Below, piece by piece: positions 10,699-20,512 of a stretch of DNA of 64,000 bases. The stretch lies in the NCBI GenBank assembly GCA_965204375.1, contig OZ241986.1:1280001-1344000 (forward strand). The letters run 5' to 3'. The position numbers and the translations under genes were made by a program. The stretch's first letter is position 1; every line of letters begins with the position of its first letter. This DNA is from Candidatus Latescibacterota bacterium. Its GTDB lineage: Bacteria > Latescibacterota > UBA2968. The notes beneath the pieces were generated by a model. It had not been told where the DNA came from. It did no database searches and saw only the letters and a list, made by a program, of their open reading frames with translations.

Positions 10699-12654
10699 TT
10701 AGTATAGCGCGAGTGAATGCCCATCATCGGGAAACCAGACCATGTCAACGCCAAACGAAATCCCGACACCAACGAAATACCCCAGCATCATACCAAAGAA
10801 GAAGGGTGAGGCTTTGCGATACAGGCTGATTCCGCCTATACGGAGGATGGCGGCTTTGGCGAACCAGGCAAAGAAAATCGAGAATATCGTGCGATTGGCA
10901 GGGTAGGAGGTTGCCGAGACTAGGCCGATGGGGTGCAGCGGAAAAGCCGGATAAATATAGCGGAGGACCATATTAGCGACGGTGACGGCAGCTCCGATCA
11001 GTCCCCAAAAGGCGAGATGTCGCTTCATTGCGAAGGGGTCGCGGATGTAACCAACGCCCCTGTCAAACACGGCCTGCACGGAACTCGCATAGATGCCACC
11101 GTAGTTGTATGCGCCCGTCTGGTATCCGGAAGAAATCGCGTAATAGGCGCTGCCTCCCACAACAACGGCAACGGCAATCGCGACTGCAAGGATCATTCTC
11201 CCCCGGTCTTCGCGAACATCGTCGAAGAGTTTCGTGGCGTTGGCCATCGGGGCCATCAGAACAGTTTTCAGGTCGCGGTGCCAGGTGTAGGTCAACGCCA
11301 GCGCCACAATGCTCTGTGGGTTCATGTTTGTGAGTCCAACAATATGGTAGGTCGCGAACTGCGCGTGTATGATGCGAGAACTGATCAGTCCCGTTTCGAT
11401 GCTGATCTTCGAGATCCCAAGCCAGACCACAATGACAAGGGAGACGAAGACAAACGCCACATATACGGTCATTCCCGATGCGACGCACCACGCGCAGATG
11501 AACAGCGCACTGAGGATGAGTCCGAATACCGCTGAACGATAGGAGAGCATCTCCTGAGTGTCGTCTATCGTCGGGTCCTTTGCGAACGCCTTTCTGACGA
11601 CATCTCTCAAATGGCCGCGGGCGACCCACAGTCCCCAGGGAATCAGGACGAAAAGTGCGCCAAGTCCTTGCCAGTTTTCAAAATCGGAAGTGTCTGCACG
11701 CAGTGGACCTGTTTCGAATCCAAGTCTTCTGAACATACCAAGCTGAAATGTCAGGAATAGGAAGTAGATGATGATGCTTCCGGATACTTCGAGCTCAACG
11801 AAGTATGAGGCACCGATGATCAGTGGATAGAATCGGGTCTCGATGGGTGGAAAATCTCGCCCCAGTTGGATAAGTCCGAAATCCCTTGGAATGGTCGGGA
11901 AAACGGGTGTGAAGTATCCGATCATATTCCACATAATTGGGAAGATCGCGAAAGCGAAACCGATCCAGAAAACAGGCTGGTTCATGAACCCGGCGGTGAA
12001 AAACCCGCGAGGCTCCTCGTCTGCCATGTTCATCGGCAGTTTCATCAGGGGGAAAGAGAGCCGCTCGTTCTCGACCCACTGCTTCCGGAAGATCGCGACC
12101 ATACAATAGCAGAAGCAGGCGACTGCGCCTACGAGCGCCAGGCGCCAGATCAGCGGTATGAGCCAGGCTCTCCACGGGATCGAAGCGCCGCGAGGGAGTC
12201 CTTCGTAGAACCATTTGGCTGCCGTAATATCTGTTACGACTGCCCAGTTGACGAGATACGGATGTAGCTCGGTTGCCCAGCCGTTCTCGGATGATGGAAA
12301 GTAATAGGGCGCACCGATGTTCGCGATCATGTGCGCCATGAAGTAGCTGGGCAGAGCGGATCCGATCAGGGCCATTGCAAAGATGACGAGAAGCTCGGCT
12401 CTTGTGAGCATGGCCTTTGGCTGGACGGCTTGGATGACTTTGTTGAGGATGACAGCGATGATGAAGAAGGGAACCATCACGCCCCAGGGGAGATGGTCCT
12501 GCGCCATCTTGGTCGTATGACCGATGTGCCGCGTGTAGTGACCGCCCCAGGCCATGAACGTCACACACAGCGTACCAAGCGCAATGGATCGGGCCGTTAT
12601 GGCGTGCCGAAGGGGACGGATCTCCGGTTCAGCTATGGGTTGCACCTCGGCCAA
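10699..12654 (-). CDS. Large multi-pass membrane protein, DUF6785/DUF6784-like (putative transporter)
   Basis: Many hydrophobic helices; motifs RKQWVENERLSFP, PWRAWLIPL, FPLHPIG, GGISLYRKASPFFFG; GGAGG RBS before TTG. Confidence 0.75.
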   Translation of the reverse strand: MAEVQPIAEPEIRPLRHAITARSIALGTLCVTFMAWGGHYTRHIGHTTKMAQDHLPWGVMVPFFIIAVILNKVIQAVQPKAMLTRAELLVIFAMALIGSALPSYFMAHMIANIGAPYYFPSSENGWATELHPYLVNWAVVTDITAAKWFYEGLPRGASIPWRAWLIPLIWRLALVGAVACFCYCMVAIFRKQWVENERLSFPLMKLPMNMADEEPRGFFTAGFMNQPVFWIGFAFAIFPIMWNMIGYFTPVFPTIPRDFGLIQLGRDFPPIETRFYPLIIGASYFVELEVSGSIIIYFLFLTFQLGMFRRLGFETGPLRADTSDFENWQGLGALFVLIPWGLWVARGHLRDVVRKAFAKDPTIDDTQEMLSYRSAVFGLILSALFICAWCVASGMTVYVAFVFVSLVIVVWLGISKISIETGLISSRIIHAQFATYHIVGLTNMNPQSIVALALTYTWHRDLKTVLMAPMANATKLFDDVREDRGRMILAVAIAVAVVVGGSAYYAISSGYQTGAYNYGGIYASSVQAVFDRGVGYIRDPFAMKRHLAFWGLIGAAVTVANMVLRYIYPAFPLHPIGLVSATSYPANRTIFSIFFAWFAKAAILRIGGISLYRKASPFFFGMMLGYFVGVGISFGVDMVWFPDDGHSLALY

Positions 12655-12669
12655 TCAGAGCCTCCAGGT

Positions 12670-12768
12670 CTATTGGTCGCGGCTTGCCCGTTTCCGATCC
12701 GCAGACCATGCGGGAATTCGCCATACTTCGGGCTTTCTCTGTCGGATGTCGAGAATTCTCATTGCCAT
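12670..12768 (-). pseudogene. 32-codon truncated duplicate of the ABC exporter N-terminus (MAMRILDIRQRKPEVWRIPAWSADRKRASRDQ*)
   Basis: First 17 aa identical to 8764-10620 start, then diverges and stops; retains the same RBS. Confidence 0.65.
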
Positions 12769-12787
12769 CCTCAGGTCTCGTGATGCC

Positions 12788-14179
12788 TTAATTTTTTTTT
12801 CTATTCTCGTGATCTGGATACACAGCATTGAATACGCACGTTACCACATCGGGCGATGTCCGATTCTCAAACGCCTCCAAAACTGGATCATTGGTTTCCC
12901 GCATTTGGGCCTGTAGAATCGCCCGTATTTCATCAGCTTTTGCACTGTATTCCGGGTCGTCAATCAGGTTTTTCAAACAATTGGGGTCCTGCTCCAAATC
13001 GTATAACTCTTCTGGCACGCGATACCGAAACATCCGCACCCGTTCCGCAATATCTGGATTGCCCGGTGCAGCTTCCTCCATTGCGTGCATCGTCAAGCCT
13101 TCATTGTTATTGCGGTACCGATAGTCATCTCGGACCCACATATTAAATATGTACCCAAATTGATGATCCTGCACACACCGCATCGGCGTCGCTGCGCCAC
13201 CAGCCTTAGAATCGATCTGCGTAAATACATGCTCTCGCCCCTCTTGCTTTTCGCCTCTCAGTAGCGGCACAAAAGATTCGCCATCCACACCATCTAAAGC
13301 AGGTAGCCCAATCGCATCTAACGTGGTCGGCAAGAAGTCAATGCCCGACATCAGTTCACGACACGTTGCACCTTCTTTTGCAACACCGGGCCACCGCACC
13401 AGCCAGGGGGTGCGTGTACTCGCCAGATATACATTACACTTGGCAAACGGCACAGCCATCCCGTTATCCGACAAAAAAGCGACCAGTGTATTGTCTTTCA
13501 ATCCCGCCTCTTCCAAAGCATTCATCACCGCCCCAAATGTATCATCCAAACGTCTCACCGAATTGTAGTACCACGAAAGTTCCCTGCGAATCAATGGTAG
13601 ATCAGGCAAAAATCCAGGCACTTCAATTTCGTCGGGGCTATACAACCGCGATGGGACCTCAGCGCCACCGCGTGGTCCTTCATCTGGATTGTAAAACGGT
13701 CGATGAGGATCGTGAGAGTTCACCATAAAATAAAAGGGTTTATCGGCACTTTTACAGTTCTCGAAAAATTTCTTACAATACGCCCCATACTTCTGAGGGC
13801 TACGGCCGAAACCCAGGTCTTCTTGATCCCGACTAAAATCCCATGTAATCGACTCTTTTGGCGTTGAATGATTCACTTTTCCGAGAAGGCCAGTCATATA
13901 CCCCGCATTGCTCAATGTTTCGATGATCGTCGGTGTGTCCTCAAATGTATGAAAAAATCCCATTCCACCATTGTTATAACTATAGCGCCCGGTGTTCAAC
14001 ACATTGCGACTTGGCATACAAATGGCAACATTCACATGTCCATGGCTGAACCGCATGCCCTCTGCGGCAAACGCATCCAGGTTGGGGGAAATATCTGGCA
14101 CATTTGATCCAAAACACCCGAGTGAATCGCAACCCAAATCATCTGCTGTAAACAGCAGGATATTTAATTTATCTGCCAT
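12788..14179 (-). CDS. Sulfatase, N-sulfoglucosamine sulfohydrolase-like
   Basis: NILLFTADDLG, CMPSR, HDPHRP, SDNG, EELYDLEQDP. Confidence 0.88.
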   Translation of the reverse strand: MADKLNILLFTADDLGCDSLGCFGSNVPDISPNLDAFAAEGMRFSHGHVNVAICMPSRNVLNTGRYSYNNGGMGFFHTFEDTPTIIETLSNAGYMTGLLGKVNHSTPKESITWDFSRDQEDLGFGRSPQKYGAYCKKFFENCKSADKPFYFMVNSHDPHRPFYNPDEGPRGGAEVPSRLYSPDEIEVPGFLPDLPLIRRELSWYYNSVRRLDDTFGAVMNALEEAGLKDNTLVAFLSDNGMAVPFAKCNVYLASTRTPWLVRWPGVAKEGATCRELMSGIDFLPTTLDAIGLPALDGVDGESFVPLLRGEKQEGREHVFTQIDSKAGGAATPMRCVQDHQFGYIFNMWVRDDYRYRNNNEGLTMHAMEEAAPGNPDIAERVRMFRYRVPEELYDLEQDPNCLKNLIDDPEYSAKADEIRAILQAQMRETNDPVLEAFENRTSPDVVTCVFNAVYPDHENRKKN

Positions 14180-14199
14180 ACGATCCTCACTTCCTCCTA

Positions 14200-15351
14200 T
14201 CAATTTATTCGATACTTCTCCAGAGCATCCTCATCGAGTTCACATCCAAGTCCCGGTTTTGTTGGAACAATGGCTTCGCCCTTTTCAAATTGGATGCCAT
14301 CTACAATCAGGTCGTCTTCCCGCGTCCAACTCCCGACAAAATCACTGGGCATAACGCAATTTCTCGGCACACTTGCCGCGTGAAGATAGGCCATTTCCAT
14401 TACGCCGAGATCATTTCCAGATCCATGCCAGCAGGGAATGCCCGCGGCATCGGCAATCGCCGCGTTGTGGACAAATTGCCACATGCTGCCCCCAAGATTG
14501 AAAATATCTACTGCTTCCACCTTGATTGCGTTGATGATGTCGTGGGGATTCGCCAGGTGCAAGGCGACCGGGATTGTGGTTGCCGCTCTTAGCTGGCGAT
14601 ACCAATCCAGATTCCATTTCGCCATTGGGTCTTCGAGTACGCCGACATTGCCGACTGCTTCGAATTGTTTTGCCAATGCAATGGCTTCTGCCGGGCGATA
14701 AAATCTCTGATTCGGATCGATTGTGCATTTGAACGATATATCTGTGGCTTCCAGAATTGCCTGCACGCGAGCGACCATTGGTTCATCAGAGGTACACTTC
14801 ATTTTTACACCGTGAAATCCGCGGTCGTAACCAAGCCGCGCATTCATAGCTGAGTCTTCGGGCGTTTGATGGCCGATCCAGTAATCCGCTGGTACGCGAT
14901 CTCTGTACGCACCGCCGAGCAGTTCGTGGACCGGGCAGCCACGGATTTTGCCCACGATGTCAAAAACAGCCATTTCAAAAGCCTCATAACCCGCGCCAGT
15001 TCCCCAGCCATTCAGACTCTCCCAATCGCGTGTTCCGCCTCCCTCTTCAGATACAACCGGATCTCTGAAAGGCATGACTGTGTCGCGATGCGGGGCGGCG
15101 TCTATAAATACGTTTTGCAGGCTTAGTTTGAGGGGATCTCGCCCTTTGAGTTGGTTAAATCCCTGTCGAATTGCTTCTTCGGGTGTTCCGCGCGAGGTTT
15201 CTCCCAGTCCGTAAATCCCTTCATCGGTATTTAGCCTGATGATGTGTTTGGGAACCTGGTCCCAGCTGGCAGAACCAAATGATGCGCTGTGTACACGACC
15301 GGGTATGGTTGGAACAACGACTGTCATGATGTCGATGGATGAGATTTTCAT
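14200..15351 (-). CDS. Mandelate racemase / muconate lactonizing enzyme family protein
   Basis: TDEGIYGLGE, LLGGAYRD, KMK, DPN, EDP, PGLG. Confidence 0.88.
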   Translation of the reverse strand: MKISSIDIMTVVVPTIPGRVHSASFGSASWDQVPKHIIRLNTDEGIYGLGETSRGTPEEAIRQGFNQLKGRDPLKLSLQNVFIDAAPHRDTVMPFRDPVVSEEGGGTRDWESLNGWGTGAGYEAFEMAVFDIVGKIRGCPVHELLGGAYRDRVPADYWIGHQTPEDSAMNARLGYDRGFHGVKMKCTSDEPMVARVQAILEATDISFKCTIDPNQRFYRPAEAIALAKQFEAVGNVGVLEDPMAKWNLDWYRQLRAATTIPVALHLANPHDIINAIKVEAVDIFNLGGSMWQFVHNAAIADAAGIPCWHGSGNDLGVMEMAYLHAASVPRNCVMPSDFVGSWTREDDLIVDGIQFEKGEAIVPTKPGLGCELDEDALEKYRIN

Positions 15352-15534
15352 GGCGTTTTCCCCCGAATACCTGCACAAATTGACTACTGACGTTACACAC
15401 GAGAAATAATTTCGTCAAGGCTATTTATCGCGGGGCGGGTTAATAATAGCCCTGTTAGAATGCTATTGTAAAATACTTTGGCATATATTATTTATTTAGA
15501 GTCTTTCATCGCTTTTTTAACAAAGGGAGACGTG

Positions 15535-16581
15535 ATGAAAATTACAAAGGTCGAGCAGATGCGCGTGTTCGTGCCCTGGCAGGATTCCTATAAAGAGCCG
15601 ATGGTGTCCTGGCGGGGGATGAGCGGCACAACGCCGGAGGAAGAGGATTCCTATGTGATTGTGCAGGTGCATACCGACGAGGGCATTGTGGGGATTGGGG
15701 AGGGGGGGCGTTCGATGGCACAGACCGAGCAGCAGGCGCAGCAGTATATCGGCAAGAATCCGATGGAACTGGATATGTTTAACCTCGGGCGACCCTGGGC
15801 ACATGCTTTTCTCGATATTGCGGGCAAGGCGCTGGGGGTACCGGCCTATCGGCTGATTGGCAACGGCAAGCACAGAGACCGGGTTCCGGTGGATTACTGG
15901 TCGCCTTATCTGCCTCCGGAAGAGACCCGCAAACACGCCGAGGAGGGTGCAAAGCGGGGGTTTAAGCTACACAAGATCAAGGCGCGTCCCTGGGATACGG
16001 TGTGGCAGGTGAAGGTGATGACCGAGGCAGGCGGGCGGGACTACAAGATCCGCATAGATCCAAATGAGAAGTTCAATACCCTGTCGGAGACAGTGCGCAT
16101 TGACGATGCGTTGCAGGAGCATCCCAATGTGGAATGCTTTGAAGACCCCGTGCCCAAGGCGCATCCGGAGTGGTACGGGATTTTGCGGCAGAAGTGTCGG
16201 GCGCCTCTGGCGATTCACACCACGGATACGCGGTTGATTCTGAACCATTTGCGACACAATGGAATAGATATTGTCAATGTAGGGGGTACGATCAACCGGG
16301 TGATCCGGGCCGCGGCAATGGCCGAGGCAGCCGGATGCCCTGTGTGGATCCAGATGGAGGGGCACTGCTATGCGATCCAGGCGGCGTTTAACGCACACAT
16401 AGGCGCGGCTGTGCCAAATGCCACGCTGCCCTACGGGATGCGCCCATTTATCCGGGAAGCGTGTATTACAAAAGAGGGCTACGGATTTGCCGTGGAAGAC
16501 GCACACATGCCCGTGCCCGAAGACCCGGGGCTGGGCATTTCGCTGGATCTAAAGATGTGCGAGAAATTTCGGATCGAGTGA
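15535..16581 (+). CDS. Mandelate racemase / muconate lactonizing enzyme family protein
   Basis: TDEGIVGIGE, KIK, DPN, EDP, PGLG; GGAG RBS. Confidence 0.88.
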   Translation: MKITKVEQMRVFVPWQDSYKEPMVSWRGMSGTTPEEEDSYVIVQVHTDEGIVGIGEGGRSMAQTEQQAQQYIGKNPMELDMFNLGRPWAHAFLDIAGKALGVPAYRLIGNGKHRDRVPVDYWSPYLPPEETRKHAEEGAKRGFKLHKIKARPWDTVWQVKVMTEAGGRDYKIRIDPNEKFNTLSETVRIDDALQEHPNVECFEDPVPKAHPEWYGILRQKCRAPLAIHTTDTRLILNHLRHNGIDIVNVGGTINRVIRAAAMAEAAGCPVWIQMEGHCYAIQAAFNAHIGAAVPNATLPYGMRPFIREACITKEGYGFAVEDAHMPVPEDPGLGISLDLKMCEKFRIE

Positions 16582-16584
16582 TGC

Positions 16585-17328
16585 CTATATGCTCCGCCCG
16601 CCATCTACAATGAGATTTTCTCCCGTGACAAAGGGGCTGAGGATGAGTCCGAGGATGGCGTCGGCGCAGTCTTCGCCCGTTGCGACACGGCCCATTGGCG
16701 TGGCTTCCAGGTGGAGTTTGCGGAAGGCATCCCAGCCGATTCCCCAGCGCGTATCGACAAAGCCCGGGGAGATGGCGTTGACCTGGATCTCGGGCGCTTG
16801 ACTGGTAGCCAGAGAGTTTGTCAGGCATATCAGCGCGGCTTTGGATGCGGAATAGGCAATTGAACTGCCCTTTCCGGAGATACCGGAGATGGAAGCGACG
16901 TTGACGATGCTTCCACCGCCACTTTCTTTCATCTTTGGGATTGCTGCCCTGGCTGCGAAGAAGGCGCCCTTCACATTGACGGCCATTGCGCGATCCCAAT
17001 CCGCCTCGGTCAGGTTTTCCAGATCCTCCAGTGGCACAAAACGCGTCATGCCCGCGCTGTTGACGAGAATGTCGAGGCGGCCGAGGTCATCGACTACGCG
17101 ATCTACCATTTGCCGAACGGCTGAGTCGTCCGATACGTCTGCTTTGACGGCGATGGCTTTGCGCCCCAGTGCTTCGATATCCGCACAGGTTTTGTTGGCG
17201 TCATCTTCAGACCGGCTGTAGTTGACGGCGACGTCTGCGCCTTCTGTGGCGAATAGCAGCGATGTCGCGCGACCAATGCCCGTTCCTCCTCCAGTGACAA
17301 GTGCTACTTTGCCATCGAGTTTTCCCAT
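16585..17328 (-). CDS. Short-chain dehydrogenase/reductase (SDR)
   Basis: TGGGTGIG, NSAG, YSASK, PG, VDGG. Confidence 0.93.
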   Translation of the reverse strand: MGKLDGKVALVTGGGTGIGRATSLLFATEGADVAVNYSRSEDDANKTCADIEALGRKAIAVKADVSDDSAVRQMVDRVVDDLGRLDILVNSAGMTRFVPLEDLENLTEADWDRAMAVNVKGAFFAARAAIPKMKESGGGSIVNVASISGISGKGSSIAYSASKAALICLTNSLATSQAPEIQVNAISPGFVDTRWGIGWDAFRKLHLEATPMGRVATGEDCADAILGLILSPFVTGENLIVDGGRSI

Positions 17329-17364
17329 GGTGACTCCCTTCAATATTGTGTGTAAAATCGCTTT

Positions 17365-17396
17365 AATTAGGCGAAGATATGCCCAAATGTCAATTG
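17365..17396. promoter_or_regulatory. 32-bp intergenic motif, copy 2
   Basis: 27/32 identical to 6029-6060; just upstream of the SDR start, in the SDR/PhyH divergent gap. Confidence 0.5.
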
Positions 17397-17522
17397 GGTT
17401 CTTACTGACCCCAAGAGTGGAAAAAGACGTCGCTCGACTCTGATACGGCGTTTTTTTATTTTATTTTTCAAATTTAATGGCCATATTGGGATTACAAGGC
17501 GAAGACCACAGGAGATTTGGCT

Positions 17523-18302
17523 ATGACCCCCGAAGAAAAATTCATGTTTGACCTCGAAGGTTATCTCGTCGTCAGAAATGTGTTGTCTAAAGAGGAAGTT
17601 GATCAATGCAATGAAGTCGCAAATCGCATCGCGCGCGACCAGTTTGAAATCTATCGAGACGATGGGCTTAAACTCGCCCGAAATATCACGCTGTGGGATC
17701 CCTGCGTTCAGAGTCTCATAGATCATCCCAAAATTATCCCTTATTTGATCGAACTTTTGGGACCGAGTATCCACTTTGATCAGGATTATTGCATTTTTTT
17801 GGACAAAGGAGGTTCCAAAGGTCCGCTGCACGCCGGTACGATGAAATCGAAAACGGAATTATTCCCATTTTTTTACACGTATCGCGATGGCATCATGCGC
17901 AACGGTTTGACAACATTTGTCTATGCACTCACGCCCGTGCGAAAAGGCGATGGCGGTTTTTGCTGTATTCCAGGCTCGCACAAGTCCAACTTCCAACTCG
18001 ACATTCCCGAAGATGTTATGTATTTCAAACGGCCCGCCCATTATGTCGTACAACCCGAATTAGAGCCAGGAGACTTGATCATTTTTACGGAGGCGACAGT
18101 GCATGGTACTATGCCCTGGACAGCAAATCACGAGCGCCGGTCATTTCTCTTTAAGTACAATCCAGGGAATACGGTTTCATGGGCGAATTATTACAATATA
18201 GATGACTACGATCACTTGACGGAGAACCAAAAATGCATGATGATGCCGCCGGGAGGCCATGGACCACAGAAGCCTCCAAGGCCCAATGTCATTGTGCCAT
18301 AA
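17523..18302 (+). CDS. PhyH-like Fe(II)/2-oxoglutarate oxygenase (HxG type)
   Basis: FDLEGYLVV, LHAG, IPGSHKSN, GDLIIFTEATVHG, ERRS. Confidence 0.87.
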   Translation: MTPEEKFMFDLEGYLVVRNVLSKEEVDQCNEVANRIARDQFEIYRDDGLKLARNITLWDPCVQSLIDHPKIIPYLIELLGPSIHFDQDYCIFLDKGGSKGPLHAGTMKSKTELFPFFYTYRDGIMRNGLTTFVYALTPVRKGDGGFCCIPGSHKSNFQLDIPEDVMYFKRPAHYVVQPELEPGDLIIFTEATVHGTMPWTANHERRSFLFKYNPGNTVSWANYYNIDDYDHLTENQKCMMMPPGGHGPQKPPRPNVIVP

Positions 18303-18320
18303 TACACAAAGGAGGCGGCG

Positions 18321-19313
18321 ATGAAAGCAGCTGTTTATTGCGGTCCGTATGATATTCAGGTGGCAGATGTGCCAGAGCCGGAAATCAATGCAAATGAGAT
18401 TCTGGTGAAGGTGAAGGCGTGTGGGATCTGTGGGTCGGATCTGCACGCTTATCGCATCGGGCTGTTTGAAGATTCTTTGGGACGCCCGACGGAAAAGGGT
18501 CTCGTCATGGGGCACGAGTTTAGCGGTGAGGTTGTAGAGACGGGGCGAGATGTGCAGCGGTTTCGAGTGGGCGACCATATTTCTGGCGGGGGATTGGGCG
18601 GGTTTGCCGAATATCTTCCCCTGGAAGTCAATCCCAATCGTCCCTACAGGTTGCCCGAAACGATTAGCTTTGAAGAAGGCGCGATGATGGAGCCTCTCGC
18701 CACGTCGGTACACGCAGTGGGTCTGGCAAAGCCCATTGAGGAAGAAACTGTTGTTATTCTGGGCGTTGGGATTATTGGCCTGGGATGTATTCAGGTCATT
18801 CGGGCAACGGCAGGTGGGCGCATTATTGCGGTTGATACGTCACCGAAGCGGCTGGCTATGGCGCGCCAATTGGGTGCGGATGAGATCGTGAATTTGACAG
18901 AGGTAGATCCCGTGGAAGCTGTTATTGAACTTACGGGTGGTGAGAGACCTGTGGAAAGATTCGGTGCGCGGGGAGGAAATGCCGATGTGGTAATCGATAG
19001 TGCTGGTGCGAAAGCCTCGCCGAATCAGGGGTTGACGATGCTAAAACAACAAGATGGCCGTCTCGTTCCCGTCGCGTTATTTGAAGATCAACCCGAACTC
19101 GATTTCAATCAGGTGGTGCGCAAGCAAGTGACGCTTCAGGGGTCATGGTCATGGACCCCCGATGACTACATGCGGGGGATTGAACTCGTCAGGACAGGAA
19201 AAATTGATCGCAAGCCTCTCGTTTCTCACGCTTTTCCACTCGACCAGGCACCCGAAGCCTTTGCGACACAGGCAAAACCAGGTGCTGCGATTAAGACCTT
19301 GATAAAACCGTGA
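18321..19313 (+). CDS. Zinc-dependent medium-chain alcohol dehydrogenase
   Basis: CGICGSDLH, GHE, EPLA, GVGIIG; lacks structural Zn cysteines. Confidence 0.9.
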   Translation: MKAAVYCGPYDIQVADVPEPEINANEILVKVKACGICGSDLHAYRIGLFEDSLGRPTEKGLVMGHEFSGEVVETGRDVQRFRVGDHISGGGLGGFAEYLPLEVNPNRPYRLPETISFEEGAMMEPLATSVHAVGLAKPIEEETVVILGVGIIGLGCIQVIRATAGGRIIAVDTSPKRLAMARQLGADEIVNLTEVDPVEAVIELTGGERPVERFGARGGNADVVIDSAGAKASPNQGLTMLKQQDGRLVPVALFEDQPELDFNQVVRKQVTLQGSWSWTPDDYMRGIELVRTGKIDRKPLVSHAFPLDQAPEAFATQAKPGAAIKTLIKP

Positions 19314-19335
19314 GTAATTATGAAGAGGAGAAAGC

Positions 19336-20493
19336 ATGAAGATTACCGATGTTCAAGCCTGTGTGATTGGCAGACCCGAACCCCACAGTGGTGGGTGTGT
19401 GTGGACATTTGTCCGGATATATACCGACGAAGGCATTGTGGGTACGGGCGAATGCAATTCAGCCTCGTATTACACGGGATTTGGTTTGAAAGAATCGATT
19501 TTAAAAATGAAGGGGATGTTGATTGGTGAAGACCCGATGAATGTGGGGCCGTTGTACGAGAAAATGCGTCGTCGAGGGCGGTATGCGGGTACTACCCATG
19601 CACCGCTGATTTTTGCACTGACCGGCATCGAAAATGCTTTGTACGATATTGTAGGTAAGGCGTTGGGGGTGCCAATTTATCAGTTGTTGGGGGGCAAGTT
19701 TCGCGATAAGATCCGGCTCTACGCCGATTGTCACGCTGGGGATTCGGCCACGCCAGAGGCGTATGCAGAGAAGGCACTGAGCGTCGTAGAGGAAGGCTAC
19801 AGCGCGGTAAAATTTGATGTGGATCATTCGGGTGTGGGCAAGCTGGATCCGATGAATTGGACGGTGGGAGCACGGGAAATGACGCATGTGATTAAATTGA
19901 TCCGTGCGATTCGCGAGGGCATTGGTTTCGATATTGATTTGGCGATTGATTGCCACGGTCAGTTTGATTTGCCCTCGGCGATTACGCTGGCAAAAGCTGT
20001 GGAAGATGTGCGGTTGATGTGGTTGGAAGAGCCAGTACCTGCTGAGAATATTGATGCGTTGGTTCAAGTGCGTGCATCTACGAGTACGGTCATTTGTACA
20101 GGTGAAAATCATTACACTCGTTTTGAGTTTTTGGAGATGTTCAGACAAAAAGCAGTGGATATCATTATGCCTGATTTGGCCAAATCGGGTGGCATTATGG
20201 AGGCCAAGCGCATTGCCGAAATTGCCGATGCGCATTATATCCCCATTGCGCCACATAATGTGTCGTCACCCCTGGGCATGATGGCTGCGTGTCACGTAAT
20301 GGCGACAGTTCCCAACTTTTTTGTGCTCGAATTTCACGGGCGCGACATTCCGTGGTGGGCCGATCTGTGTGGAGGCGAAGAATTTATCAAAGGAGGCTGG
20401 ATGGCTGTCTCTGACAAACCCGGTATTGGCGTAGAGTTAGATCCTGCCGTCGCCAAAACACTGCTGGCTGACGGGGATACCTATTTTGATTGA
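19336..20493 (+). CDS. Mandelate racemase family acid-sugar dehydratase (galactonate/gluconate dehydratase-like)
   Basis: KFD, DCHG, EEP, TGEN, PHN, PGIG. Confidence 0.88.
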   Translation: MKITDVQACVIGRPEPHSGGCVWTFVRIYTDEGIVGTGECNSASYYTGFGLKESILKMKGMLIGEDPMNVGPLYEKMRRRGRYAGTTHAPLIFALTGIENALYDIVGKALGVPIYQLLGGKFRDKIRLYADCHAGDSATPEAYAEKALSVVEEGYSAVKFDVDHSGVGKLDPMNWTVGAREMTHVIKLIRAIREGIGFDIDLAIDCHGQFDLPSAITLAKAVEDVRLMWLEEPVPAENIDALVQVRASTSTVICTGENHYTRFEFLEMFRQKAVDIIMPDLAKSGGIMEAKRIAEIADAHYIPIAPHNVSSPLGMMAACHVMATVPNFFVLEFHGRDIPWWADLCGGEEFIKGGWMAVSDKPGIGVELDPAVAKTLLADGDTYFD

Positions 20494-20512
20494 GGTTATA
20501 TTACCCAGGGCG

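Noticed and set aside
12670-12768. RiPP precursor peptide next to ABC exporters
   Set aside because: It is a copy of the ABC N-terminus; no modifying enzymes or C39 peptidase domain nearby
17367-17831. 154-aa minus-strand ORF
   Set aside because: Overlaps the PhyH gene antisense; no RBS or domain signal
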